From: Candidatus Saccharimonadales bacterium
Lineage (GTDB): Bacteria; Patescibacteriota; Saccharimonadia; Saccharimonadales; JBGTLD01
Reading direction: 5' to 3'
Assembly (NCBI GenBank): GCA_041744275.1
Contig: JBGTLD010000025.1
Location: 1 to 54,578, forward strand
Length of the DNA: 54,578 nucleotides
Notes under the pieces: generated by a model
Database searches by the model: none
What the model was told of the DNA's origin: nothing
What the model saw: the letters and a program-made list of their open reading frames with translations, nothing else
Made by a program: the position numbers and the translations under genes
Shown: piece by piece, positions 19,983 to 29,354 of the stretch
How positions within the stretch are numbered: position 1 is the stretch's first letter
How the letters are laid out: every line of letters begins with the position of its first letter

Positions 19983-21107
19983 ATGGCAGGTAAGATTAAA
20001 GTTGCAATCGTAGGGGTGGGTAACTGTGCATCGTCTCTCGTGCAAGGGATTCATTACTACAGAGACGCAAAAGACGATGAGCACATTCCAGGACTTATGC
20101 ATACGAATTTTGGTGGGTATCACATTCGGGACATAGAAATTGTGGCTGCATTTGATGTGAATACAAATAAAGTAGGAGTAGACGTCGCAGAGGCAATCTA
20201 TGCTCGTCCAAATAATACGGCGATATTTGCTGAAGTGCCAAAAATAGGGGTAACAGTGCTTCGAGGTCCAAGGCTAGACGGTGTGAATAAGTACACCGAA
20301 GCAGTTGTTCCTGTTTCTGATGCCCCAGAAGTCGATGTAGTGCAGGTGTTAAAAGATACTGGCGCAGAAGCTGTTATAAACTATTTACCAGTTGGTTCTC
20401 AGGAAGCTACAGAGTTTTATGCACAGGCTTCTATAGATGCTGGGTGCGGTTTCGTAAACTGCATACCGGTGTTTATTGCAAGTAATCCTGTCTGGGCTAA
20501 AAAGTTTGAAGACGCCGGATTGCCAGTAATTGGTGATGATATTAAGGCGCAGGTTGGCGCCACTATTGTGCACCGTACACTTACGAACCTATTCTTAGAC
20601 CGTGGTATGAAAATTGAAAAAACATACCAACTAAACGTTGGCGGTAATACTGACTTTATGAACATGCTCGAGCGAGAGCGACTCACAAGTAAGAAAGAAT
20701 CTAAAACTAAGGCCGTGACCTCAATGATTGAAGCTCGTGGTCAAACCATTCATGAAGAAGATGTACATGTTGGCCCAAGTGACTATGTGCCGTGGCTCAA
20801 AGACAATAAGGTCTGTTACTTGCGGATCCAGAGCAGACATTTTGGTGATGTGCCTATGGATGTCGAGGTGCGTCTTAGTGTTGAAGATTCACCAAACTCA
20901 GCTGGTGTTGCTATAGATTCAATTCGCTGCTTAAAGCTTGCACTGGATCACGGGTTAAAGGGGGCAATTGTAGAGCCCGCTGCTTTCTTCAAGAAACACC
21001 CACCAAAGCAAATAGAAGATCGTCATGCAAAAGAGCTCGTCGAGGCATATATTGTCAAATATGGTAAGAAGCAAGTAGCTCGTAAGAAACAAACCGTCAA
21101 AGCATAG
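19983..21107 (+). CDS. ino1: myo-inositol-1-phosphate synthase (inositol-3-phosphate synthase)
   Basis: [22 protein letters not shown]-terminus and an overall bacterial/archaeal MIPS pattern. GGAGA RBS. Confidence 0.85.
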   Translation: MAGKIKVAIVGVGNCASSLVQGIHYYRDAKDDEHIPGLMHTNFGGYHIRDIEIVAAFDVNTNKVGVDVAEAIYARPNNTAIFAEVPKIGVTVLRGPRLDGVNKYTEAVVPVSDAPEVDVVQVLKDTGAEAVINYLPVGSQEATEFYAQASIDAGCGFVNCIPVFIASNPVWAKKFEDAGLPVIGDDIKAQVGATIVHRTLTNLFLDRGMKIEKTYQLNVGGNTDFMNMLERERLTSKKESKTKAVTSMIEARGQTIHEEDVHVGPSDYVPWLKDNKVCYLRIQSRHFGDVPMDVEVRLSVEDSPNSAGVAIDSIRCLKLALDHGLKGAIVEPAAFFKKHPPKQIEDRHAKELVEAYIVKYGKKQVARKKQTVKA

Positions 21108-21184
21108 CGCGCTGCTCGACTTGGAGCGTTTCCGATCACTGTCATCACCTGTTAAAATAAGGTGAACTGAAGAGGAATCGATTT

Positions 21185-24067
21185 ATGAAACGCTACAATC
21201 CGAAAGACGTCGAGCCAAAGTGGCAAAAAATCTGGGAAGAGTCACAGCTATACCGGGCTAATGATGTAAGCAAAAAACCGAAATACTACGCGCTCAGCTT
21301 TTTTCCATACCCGAGTGGTGTTGGACTTCACATTGGCCATACTCGAAACTTCACCATTACTGACGTTATTGCGCGCTACAAGAGGCTCCAAGGATATGAG
21401 GTACTTCACCCGATGGGCTGGGATAGCTTTGGGTTGCCAGCCGAAAACTTTGCGATCAAAACCGGCACGCCACCTCAAGTAACTACCAAACAAAACACCG
21501 ATAACTTCCGGGCACAAAGTAAACGACTTGGTCTGTCGATTGATTGGAGCCGTGAGTTTGGCTCAACTGATGCTGATTATTACAAATGGACGCAGTGGTT
21601 TTTCTTATTGCTCCATAAGCGTGATTTGGCGTATCGCAAAGAAAGCCTACAGTTTTGGTGTAATGTTTGTAAAACAGTGCTTGCGAATGAACAAGTCGTG
21701 AATGGCTGTTGCTGGCGCCACGAAGATATACCTGTGACGAAAAAGAATTTGCCGCAGTGGTTCTTTAAGATAACCAACTATGCAGATAGGTTGGCACAAG
21801 ATCTAGATAGTCTTGACTGGCCCGAGGGTATTAAAGCCATGCAACGCAACTGGATCGGCAAAAGTACTGGTGCTGAAGTAGATTTCCAGATTGTGGACTC
21901 AAACGAAAAGCTACGAGTTTTTACGACAAGACCAGACACGTTATACGGTGCGACATACATGGTTGTTGCTCCAGAACATCCTTTACTGAAGGAAATAACT
22001 ACTTCTGAACAAAGGACGAGCGTTGATAGCTACGTCGCAGACGCAATAACGAAGACCGACATTGATCGCATGGACGACTCACGAGAAAAAACCGGCGTAT
22101 TTACGGGCGCTTATGCGGTAAATCCGGTTAATAAAGAACATATCCCAATATGGGTAGCAGATTATGTATTGGCGGGTTATGGTACCGGCGCGATCATGGC
22201 GGTACCGGCACACGATGAACGTGATCATGAGTTCGCGGTTCAATATTCACTGCCTATTGTTCGGGTTGTAGAGCCTACTGCAGGCGAAGCCACTGGCGAC
22301 GACACTCATAAAGAATCTGTTTTTGTGGCGTTACGAAACCCTGCGAATAACACTGTTCTTGTGCTGGACTGGGGTCCACGTCAAGAACGATTCGGTGGTA
22401 AGATGCTGATTGGTGGAGGCGTAGAGGGCGACGAAAGTCACCAAACTACCGCAGAAAGAGAAATTGTAGAAGAAACAGGTTACAAAAACCTTACATTTGT
22501 GAAAGAGACTGACTACAAAGGTCACGGTTATTTCTACTCAAACACGAAGCACAAAAACATGCATGTGAGTGGCAAGGGCTTGTTATTTGATTTGATAGAC
22601 GAAGAGCAGGCAGCTACGAACCTGGATGAAGGTGAAAAGAATAAATTTACCATCGCTTGGGAGCCAATAGAAAAAGTTGCCAACTTGCTAGATGATGGCG
22701 TGCACGAAGCGATGTATCGAGATTTGGTACTTGGCGAGTGCTATCACGACGAAGGTTTGATGGTGAATTCTGGGGAGTATAGCGGTATGAGTTCTAGTGA
22801 CGTCCGCGAAAAGATTGTCGTTGAACTGAATGCGCGTGGAAACGGGGAAGAGAAGATAAACTTTCGGATTCGTGACTGGTTAATAAGTCGCCAGCGCTAC
22901 TGGGGGGCTCCCATCCCGATTATTCACTGTGAAAAATGTGGCACGGTACCGGTGCCTGAAGAACAGTTACCGGTTGTATTACCTGAGCTTGAAGATTTTC
23001 AGCCAAAAGATGACGGCCGTTCACCGCTCGCACATATTGATGAGTGGGTGAACGTCGACTGTCCTGAGTGTAGCGGTCCGGCAACTCGTGAGACAGACAC
23101 CATGGATGGTTTTGCGTGCAGTAGCTGGTATTTTTTGCGGTTTACAGATCCGCACAATGACTCAGTTGCGTTTGGCCGTGAGCTTGCTGAAACATGGATG
23201 CCGGTTGATATGTATGTTGGCGGCGCAGAACATGCGGTAATGCACTTGCTGTACGCCCGGATGTGGACAAAAGTCATGCACGACGTTGGGCTTATTAGTT
23301 TTGATGAGCCATTTAAAGCACTCCGTAATCAAGGCATGTTACTCGCAGAAGACGGAGAGAAAATTAGCAAAAGCAAAGGCAACGATATCAGGCCTGAAGA
23401 AATCATTGACAACGGCTATGGCGCTGATGCGTTGAGGCTCATTGTGTTATTTCTTGCGCCTTATAGTCAGTCAACTCCGTGGAGTAATGAAGGTTTGGGC
23501 GGCGTTTACCGGTTCTTGCAGCGTGCTTGGACAATTACAAACGAATACATAGATGCCAGCGAGCCAACATCTGATACACAATCCTCAGAACTTCTCGTAA
23601 CCCGAAGTAAAGCCGTAAAGAAAGTCACTGAAGATCTTGAAGATATGAGTTTCAACACCGCGATTGCAGCTATGATGGAGTACGTTAACGAGCTCTATAA
23701 ACTCAAGCTTAATATTGCATTCAGCGATACTGCTTGGAAATCAGCAATAGAGGCGCTTGTACTCATGCTTGCGCCGTTTGCGCCGCACATGACTGAGGAG
23801 CTTTGGCAACAGTTAGGGAATAAAACATCAGTACACACTGCTGATTGGCCATCGTGGGACGATCAATTACTTGCTACGGACACAGTCATTGTTGTGGTGC
23901 AGGTAAATGGGAAGGTTCGGGCTGAAATAGAAATAGACAAAAACATGCCTAAGGATGACGCACTGAAGCTAGCATTACAAAACGAAAAAGTGGCCAGCTT
24001 TATAGCTGACCACCCAGTCAAGAAATCTATTTATGTTCCCGGCCGAATCATCAATTTCGTGATCTAG
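21185..24067 (+). CDS. leuS: leucyl-tRNA synthetase with inserted Nudix domain
   Basis: HIGH (HIGHTRN), the CP1 editing region (TTRPDTLYGATY.., AVPAHDERDHEF) and KMSKS (KISKSKGN). At 960 aa it is about 100-150 aa longer than typical. The extra segment at 22277-22753 carries a Nudix box. Confidence 0.95.
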   Translation: MKRYNPKDVEPKWQKIWEESQLYRANDVSKKPKYYALSFFPYPSGVGLHIGHTRNFTITDVIARYKRLQGYEVLHPMGWDSFGLPAENFAIKTGTPPQVTTKQNTDNFRAQSKRLGLSIDWSREFGSTDADYYKWTQWFFLLLHKRDLAYRKESLQFWCNVCKTVLANEQVVNGCCWRHEDIPVTKKNLPQWFFKITNYADRLAQDLDSLDWPEGIKAMQRNWIGKSTGAEVDFQIVDSNEKLRVFTTRPDTLYGATYMVVAPEHPLLKEITTSEQRTSVDSYVADAITKTDIDRMDDSREKTGVFTGAYAVNPVNKEHIPIWVADYVLAGYGTGAIMAVPAHDERDHEFAVQYSLPIVRVVEPTAGEATGDDTHKESVFVALRNPANNTVLVLDWGPRQERFGGKMLIGGGVEGDESHQTTAEREIVEETGYKNLTFVKETDYKGHGYFYSNTKHKNMHVSGKGLLFDLIDEEQAATNLDEGEKNKFTIAWEPIEKVANLLDDGVHEAMYRDLVLGECYHDEGLMVNSGEYSGMSSSDVREKIVVELNARGNGEEKINFRIRDWLISRQRYWGAPIPIIHCEKCGTVPVPEEQLPVVLPELEDFQPKDDGRSPLAHIDEWVNVDCPECSGPATRETDTMDGFACSSWYFLRFTDPHNDSVAFGRELAETWMPVDMYVGGAEHAVMHLLYARMWTKVMHDVGLISFDEPFKALRNQGMLLAEDGEKISKSKGNDIRPEEIIDNGYGADALRLIVLFLAPYSQSTPWSNEGLGGVYRFLQRAWTITNEYIDASEPTSDTQSSELLVTRSKAVKKVTEDLEDMSFNTAIAAMMEYVNELYKLKLNIAFSDTAWKSAIEALVLMLAPFAPHMTEELWQQLGNKTSVHTADWPSWDDQLLATDTVIVVVQVNGKVRAEIEIDKNMPKDDALKLALQNEKVASFIADHPVKKSIYVPGRIINFVI

Positions 24068-24070
24068 AAC

Positions 24071-24337
24071 TTAGATGTACTGATGTAAATCGACTGTACC
24101 TTTCGGTATTTGGACGGGGAATATATTCTCATTCATCCAGTTATAAATTGCACGTCTGCCTATTTCGTTACATGTTTCAGGGCTGATATCTGTAGTTTCA
24201 AAGTTGCCCTTCGGCAGTATATGAACATGAACAGACTCTGGCCCCCAACTACTACCGAGTGTAGAGCGCTGACCTTTGATAGATGCAAGGTTGACTTCTT
24301 TTTCAATACCACTTGATTGTGTGTAAATAGATAGCAT
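24071..24337 (-). CDS. hypothetical protein (88 aa)
   Basis: ORF only. Confidence 0.4.
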   Translation of the reverse strand: MLSIYTQSSGIEKEVNLASIKGQRSTLGSSWGPESVHVHILPKGNFETTDISPETCNEIGRRAIYNWMNENIFPVQIPKGTVDLHQYI

Positions 24338-24353
24338 GAGTAAATATTATATT

Positions 24354-24755
24354 TTAATTCTCTATAGTCAATGTAGGTGGAAGAGCAGGTCTGTGTTGAA
24401 TAGGTACGCCTAGCTCGTTAAACGCACCAGTAATGTTACCCCGTGATAATTCACAGGCTCGTACCTCTTCATATATGGACTGAGGTTTTATAATTCGTTT
24501 CGTATCTGGATGTGCTTGTAGCGTAATTGGATCATCAGGGTTACCTAGAACCCCATTGACACAAACCTCAACACTATCAAGATTTTTTCTATCATTCTCG
24601 TTGATTTGATCTAAAGCATATATGCCAGAAGCGAATACTCCTACAAGCCCTAGCCCTGCAACGACTTTTTTGAGGGGTGGTAAGTGAAGCTCTCTTTTGG
24701 GAACGTTAGTTTCTATTGGTGCTTCTTCTGATGTGGATCGAAAAGGTGATTTCAT
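24354..24755 (-). CDS. membrane-anchored hypothetical protein (133 aa)
   Basis: ORF with one TM helix (VVAGLGLVGVFASGIYAL). Confidence 0.5.
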   Translation of the reverse strand: MKSPFRSTSEEAPIETNVPKRELHLPPLKKVVAGLGLVGVFASGIYALDQINENDRKNLDSVEVCVNGVLGNPDDPITLQAHPDTKRIIKPQSIYEEVRACELSRGNITGAFNELGVPIQHRPALPPTLTIEN

Positions 24756-24809
24756 GATTACATTATATCACTTAAGCTTATATATGTCAATATATTTTAT
24801 GGTTATTAC

Positions 24810-24838
24810 TTGAGTTAACTCTGTATTTACGGTACAAT
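24810..24838 (+). promoter_or_regulatory. sigma70-like promoter upstream of rpmF
   Basis: TTGAGT, a 17-nt spacer, then TACAAT. Confidence 0.5.
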
Positions 24839-24884
24839 AGCATGAAGTTTATTAGTATTAAAACCATAAGGAGCTGGATTTAAC

Positions 24885-25043
24885 ATGGGTAAACCTAAGA
24901 AACGAACCAGTTCACGTAAAACTGGACTACGCCGAAGCCACCTCGTTGTTGAGCTCGCGCGTGCAGTAAATGCGAAATCTCCAGTCAAGGCTTACACAAC
25001 TCGCCGCGAAAGTGGCAAGAAGCTTTCTGCAAAAGCAGAATAG
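24885..25043 (+). CDS. rpmF: 50S ribosomal protein L32
   Basis: Not in the ORF track because it is under 60 aa. Encodes MGKPKKRTSSRKTGLRRSHLVV.., with an AAGGAG RBS 11 nt upstream. Confidence 0.85.
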   Translation: MGKPKKRTSSRKTGLRRSHLVVELARAVNAKSPVKAYTTRRESGKKLSAKAE

Positions 25044-25097
25044 TTTTACGTGTATACTTGATATAGAAGATACAAAACAAGGAATTTAACAACTACA

Positions 25098-25568
25098 ATG
25101 GCATCAAACCGTCACCTCGGTCGAATTATTGCATTACAGACTCTGTACGAACAGGATTTTCGATTGGAGTGTCAAGACACGACGTTTGATGTTGATGAAG
25201 TACTGCAACGTAACATAAAACGATACGCTGCAATGGTAGATGATCGGGAGTTTATTCGCAGTGTTGTTGCTGGTGTAAATAGGAATAAGGAAGAAATCAC
25301 CAAGATTCTTCAGCCAATCGCTCCTGACTGGCCAATAGATCAGATTGCACGCATGGATCGCATTGTACTTTTGATGGGTGCATACGAGTTACTTCACGGT
25401 ACTGATGTGCCGCCGAAGGTCGCGATTAACGAAGCGGTAGAGCTTGCAAAAGCTTTTGGTGGTGAGAATTCGAGTAAGTTTATAAACGGGGTACTCGGAA
25501 CAGTGCTCCGAGACAAAGAACAAGGTAGTGATCAAGCTGCCGGTACAGAATCCAAGGATAAGAAGTAG
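25098..25568 (+). CDS. nusB: transcription antitermination factor NusB
   Basis: RIIALQTLYEQDF.. and ..INEAVELAKAFGGENSSKFINGVLG. Confidence 0.9.
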   Translation: MASNRHLGRIIALQTLYEQDFRLECQDTTFDVDEVLQRNIKRYAAMVDDREFIRSVVAGVNRNKEEITKILQPIAPDWPIDQIARMDRIVLLMGAYELLHGTDVPPKVAINEAVELAKAFGGENSSKFINGVLGTVLRDKEQGSDQAAGTESKDKK

Positions 25569-26070
25569 TTACGTGAAAAGACCAAAGCCGATACAAGGTT
25601 TAAAGAAGTTTGTGAAGCGCCGCCCAGCTATTAGTGAGGTCGTGCGTGAGCCTACTGCTGGTGGGGTTATTTTTCGGCGTAACAAGCAATCAAACGAAAT
25701 AGAAATACTTCTTATTCAGGACGCAAAGGACAGGTGGACTATTCCTAAAGGCCATATCGAAGAGGGTGAAAAGTCGCGCGAAACTGCAGAGCGTGAGATC
25801 CGTGAAGAAACTGGCTTGAAAGAAATGAAAGTACTCAACTGGCTTGGTAAAATAAACTTCAGATACCGACGAGTTTCTAGTTTGGTACTTATGACAACCG
25901 AGATATTCCTTGTGCGTGCACTGGGTGATACCGATGATTTAACACCAGAAGATTGGATGAACGGTATCCAGTGGTTTACCGCAGCAGAAACGCTCGATAA
26001 AATCGAGTACGAAGACATTGGTAAGATTATACTTTTAGGGCTTAAAAAAATACGGAGTGAGCAGTTGTAG
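25528..26070 (+). CDS. NUDIX hydrolase
   Basis: Nudix box GHIEEGEKSRETAEREIREETGL. The real start may be the GTG at 25573, just after the nusB stop. Confidence 0.85.
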   Translation: MIKLPVQNPRIRSSYVKRPKPIQGLKKFVKRRPAISEVVREPTAGGVIFRRNKQSNEIEILLIQDAKDRWTIPKGHIEEGEKSRETAEREIREETGLKEMKVLNWLGKINFRYRRVSSLVLMTTEIFLVRALGDTDDLTPEDWMNGIQWFTAAETLDKIEYEDIGKIILLGLKKIRSEQL

Positions 26071-26072
26071 CT

Positions 26073-26768
26073 ATGGATTCAGAGAAGTATCAAGAATTTG
26101 CTGAATTAACTCTTGGTGGTCGATTTCATAATGTAGATCTACTTATGACAGCATTCACGCACCGATCGTACGTGAACGAGCACAGAAAAACTGCCAAAGA
26201 ACACAACGAACGGCTTGAGTTTCTTGGTGATGCGGTGTTGGAATTGGTCGTTACTCAATATTTATACGGTAATTTTACTGATCCGGAGGGCGTGCTGACG
26301 AACTGGCGGAGCGCGTTAGTGCGAACCGAAAGTATTGGCGACGCTGCCATGCGCTGCGAGTTTGAGCCACTCCTTCGTTTGAGTCGTGGTGAAAAACGTG
26401 GCACGGACAGGGCTCGAGCACAGATTCTTGCGAATGCATACGAAGCTGTTATTGGTGCGTTGTACCTTGATCAAGGCTACGACAATGCGAAAGAATTTAT
26501 CGAAAAGACGCTACTTATTACGTTTCAGGAAATCCTTAAAACTGGTTCATGGATGGATCCAAAGTCACATCTGCAAGAAATTGTGCAAAGCCATGAAGGC
26601 CATACGCCGCATTATAAAGTGATTGAAGAAACTGGCCCTGATCACGACAAGAACTTCACGGTTGGTGTGTTTGTTGATGGAAATCTGAAAGGGACAGGAC
26701 AAGGTCCAAGTAAGCAAGCTGGGCAAGTCGCTGCTGCTGAAGCTGCGCTTTTAACATATAAAGATTAG
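26073..26768 (+). CDS. rnc: ribonuclease III
   Basis: ERLEFLGDAVLELVV signature plus a C-terminal dsRBD. Confidence 0.95.
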   Translation: MDSEKYQEFAELTLGGRFHNVDLLMTAFTHRSYVNEHRKTAKEHNERLEFLGDAVLELVVTQYLYGNFTDPEGVLTNWRSALVRTESIGDAAMRCEFEPLLRLSRGEKRGTDRARAQILANAYEAVIGALYLDQGYDNAKEFIEKTLLITFQEILKTGSWMDPKSHLQEIVQSHEGHTPHYKVIEETGPDHDKNFTVGVFVDGNLKGTGQGPSKQAGQVAAAEAALLTYKD

Positions 26769-26797
26769 GCGCTTCGTCGTAACCTCGAGGTGATTAT

Positions 26798-26826
26798 TTG
26801 ACAACAGGGGTGATTACCGGTAAAAT
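26798..26826 (+). promoter_or_regulatory. sigma70-like promoter upstream of rpsP
   Basis: TTGACA, a 17-nt spacer, then TAAAAT. Confidence 0.55.
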
Positions 26827-26865
26827 ACAACGGTATTAAATAACCCTAACAGGGAAGGAAATAGA

Positions 26866-27270
26866 ATGTTAGTCATTCGTATGCAGCGAACTGGCCGTAC
26901 CGGTCACGCTCAATTCCGCGTAGTCGTTCAAGATTCACGCCGGACCCCTACAAGTGGTCGCGTTGTAGCTGCCCTCGGTAGTTATAACCCTCACACAAAA
27001 GAATCAACACTTAACAAAGAAAAAGCTGCGTTGTATCTAAGTAATGGCGCACAGCCGTCAGACCGTGTCATTCGACTCTTGCAGGCTGAAGGCGTAAAGC
27101 TACCTGATTGGGTAGAAGTACCCGACCAAAAACAGCGTAAAACGAAGAACGTTGAGAAATTACGTAAGAACCGACCAGCTGAAGAGCCGGTTACTGAGGC
27201 GGCACCTGAAGAGGTCGAGTCAGTCGAACCTGCAGATTCTACTGAAGAATCTGCAAAAACAGAAGACTAA
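26866..27270 (+). CDS. rpsP: 30S ribosomal protein S16 with acidic C-terminal extension
   Basis: MLVIRMQRTGRTGHAQFRVVV..GSYNP. Confidence 0.95.
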   Translation: MLVIRMQRTGRTGHAQFRVVVQDSRRTPTSGRVVAALGSYNPHTKESTLNKEKAALYLSNGAQPSDRVIRLLQAEGVKLPDWVEVPDQKQRKTKNVEKLRKNRPAEEPVTEAAPEEVESVEPADSTEESAKTED

Positions 27271-27294
27271 GTGTAATATCTCACACCTATCAAT

Positions 27295-27323
27295 AAAAGC
27301 CCTTAAGCTCAGGGCTTTTTTTG
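27295..27323 (+). terminator. intrinsic terminator / attenuator after rpsP
   Basis: AGCCCT-7 nt loop-AGGGCT followed by TTTTTTT. Confidence 0.65.
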
Positions 27324-27357
27324 ATATACTAATAAGGCACATCTGTAATTTGGAGGC

Positions 27358-27756
27358 ATGTCAGTCATGAGTAGTATCGACCAACAGTTTGTCGAGTTCA
27401 TAGTAAAGTCACTTGTAGGTAACCCCGATGCGGTACACATAGAACGTCGTATAGATGAGAAGGGTGTTTTGTTAGAACTCACCGTAGACGGCGAAGATCT
27501 AGGCAGGGTTATTGGTAAAAGAGGAGCTACTGCCCAAAGTTTGCGTACGCTCTTAAGGGCGCTTGGTACAAAAAACGACGCAAGATATAATCTTAAAATC
27601 ATTGATCCAGAGAACGCGAACGGGCAACCATATTCTAGTTCGTCTAGCTCATCAGATGATTCAAGCAACGATCTCAGCACAATAGCAGATCAACCCAGTG
27701 ATAATTTATCTAAAACTAGAAAAGAGCTTGAAGAATTAGACGATCTTGACGTATAA
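27358..27756 (+). CDS. KH domain RNA-binding protein (YlqC/UPF0109 type) with Ser-rich tail
   Basis: VEFIVKSLVGNPDAV..GRVIGKRGATAQSLRTLL (GxxG KH motif). It occupies the usual rpsP-KH position. Confidence 0.85.
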   Translation: MSVMSSIDQQFVEFIVKSLVGNPDAVHIERRIDEKGVLLELTVDGEDLGRVIGKRGATAQSLRTLLRALGTKNDARYNLKIIDPENANGQPYSSSSSSSDDSSNDLSTIADQPSDNLSKTRKELEELDDLDV

Positions 27757-27867
27757 TAGTGAAGTTATCGGCTGAGACTGATTCAGCGATAAAACAAATA
27801 TAAAAACATTCTTAAGCTCTGCGAGCCATTCACCTTCGTGGTGATTGGGAGCTTTATGTGACAGACG

Positions 27868-27897
27868 GAACCGGTTACCCCGGTTCTTTTTGTTTTT
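27868..27897 (+). terminator. intrinsic terminator
   Basis: GAACCGG-ttacc-CCGGTTC followed by TTTTTGTTTTT. Confidence 0.65.
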
Positions 27898-27935
27898 GAT
27901 AGATATGAATATAAAATATTGATATAATAATTACA

Positions 27936-28586
27936 ATGAAAATTCAAATTATTAGTTTGTTTCCTGAAATGTTCGCCCCCGTGCTCGAGACAAGCATGCT
28001 CTGGAAGGCAAAAAACAAAGGGATTGTTAGTTACGAGTACATAAATTTACGTGATTTTGGTTTAGGTCAACGCAAAATGGTTGACGATACGCCCTATGGT
28101 GGTGGCGATGGTATGCTACTGAAACCGGAACCCTTGTTCGCTGCAATCGAAACGGCAAAAGATTCAGACCCTTCCGCCATAACGTATTTAATGACACCCC
28201 GAGGTGAGCGCCTGCGTCAGCCACGTGTGCAAGAGTATGCCGAAGAAGCCAAGGGGATGATAGTTGTGTGTGGCAGGTACGAGGGGTACGACGAGCGAGT
28301 CACTACGTTGATAGATCGTCAGGTTAGCATAGGTGATTTTGTGCTTACGGGCGGCGAGCTGCCTGCGATGACACTTATAGACGCGGTGGTGCGACTGTTG
28401 CCTGGAGTGCTTGGTGGTGCGCAAAGTGCAGAAATTGAAAGTTTTAGCGACGGAGAGTCATTAGAGTTTCCGCAGTATACTCGACCGTCTGATTTTCGAG
28501 GTATGAAAGTGCCAGATGTACTACTAAGCGGAAATCATGCTGAAATTGAAAAGTGGCGTAGCGAGCAATCTCGTCTGCAGCGCTAA
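27936..28586 (+). CDS. trmD: tRNA (guanine37-N1)-methyltransferase
   Basis: IISLFPEMF.., DDTPYGGGDGM, VCGRYEGYDERV. Confidence 0.95.
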   Translation: MKIQIISLFPEMFAPVLETSMLWKAKNKGIVSYEYINLRDFGLGQRKMVDDTPYGGGDGMLLKPEPLFAAIETAKDSDPSAITYLMTPRGERLRQPRVQEYAEEAKGMIVVCGRYEGYDERVTTLIDRQVSIGDFVLTGGELPAMTLIDAVVRLLPGVLGGAQSAEIESFSDGESLEFPQYTRPSDFRGMKVPDVLLSGNHAEIEKWRSEQSRLQR

Positions 28587-28654
28587 CGTGCCAGATAGTT
28601 CACCTTTGTCTGTGAGCTTACCTGGTACAATACTAGTATAAGAGGAGTATATTT

Positions 28655-29035
28655 ATGTTTTCAATCAAACCAGTATTTGCACATTGTGATCTACCATGCG
28701 GAGTCTATAATCCACTTCAAGCACGTATCGAAGCAGAATCAATTCATAAGATTTTGTCTGAGAAACTAGACAGCCTTGACGATCACAATAAGACACGAGC
28801 GGTCATTATTAAAGAAGAACGAGCAGAGCTCGTAAAGCACCACCTTTGGGTGCTATGGACTGACTACTTTAAGCCCGAGCATCTTGAAAAACATCCCAAT
28901 ATTCACGAGCTTTTTTGGAAGGCAACGAAACAAGCGGGGAGTATTAAGAAGACTATCGATCCAACTGAGTCTCAAAAGCTACTCGACATGATAGATGAGA
29001 TCTCGGAAGTGTTTAACGCAACTAAAACGGGGTAA
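28655..29035 (+). CDS. sodN: nickel superoxide dismutase precursor
   Basis: A 9-residue leader followed by the Ni-hook HCDLPCGVYNP. GAGGAG RBS. Confidence 0.9.
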   Translation: MFSIKPVFAHCDLPCGVYNPLQARIEAESIHKILSEKLDSLDDHNKTRAVIIKEERAELVKHHLWVLWTDYFKPEHLEKHPNIHELFWKATKQAGSIKKTIDPTESQKLLDMIDEISEVFNATKTG

Positions 29036-29036
29036 G

Positions 29037-29354
29037 ATGCTTTTTGTGCGCAGGGTTCATGGCAGTAGTATGTTGCCATCATTTAATGATGGCGATGTCT
29101 TATTGCTTTTCAAGGGTCGCCGTAAGGGTTTAAAGCGTGGTGATATTGTCATGTTTCGACACCAAGGTATTGAAAAAATTAAACGAATTGTGAGCATCAG
29201 GAATGAATTGCTTTGGCTTGAGGGTGACAATAAAGCAGCGAGCACTGATAGCAGAGATTTTGGATCTGTGCCAATTGAGCAAGTGATTGCTAAAGTAGTT
29301 GCGCCAATATGTAGAAACAAACGTACCGGAGGCGTTAAGCGTTTATTTTCTTAG
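29037..29354 (+). CDS. sodX: NiSOD maturation protease (S24/S26 signal-peptidase-like, SodX)
   Basis: The ATG lies 1 nt after the sodN stop. Motifs VHGSSMLPSFNDGD..GDNKAASTDSRDFG. Confidence 0.8.
   Translation: MLFVRRVHGSSMLPSFNDGDVLLLFKGRRKGLKRGDIVMFRHQGIEKIKRIVSIRNELLWLEGDNKAASTDSRDFGSVPIEQVIAKVVAPICRNKRTGGVKRLFS

Noticed and set aside
27896-27935. Sigma70-like promoters upstream of trmD, sodN, cyoA and the DUF5679 gene
   Set aside because: -10-like hexamers are present in AT-rich DNA, but no convincing -35 sits at 16-18 nt spacing. I left them uncalled.
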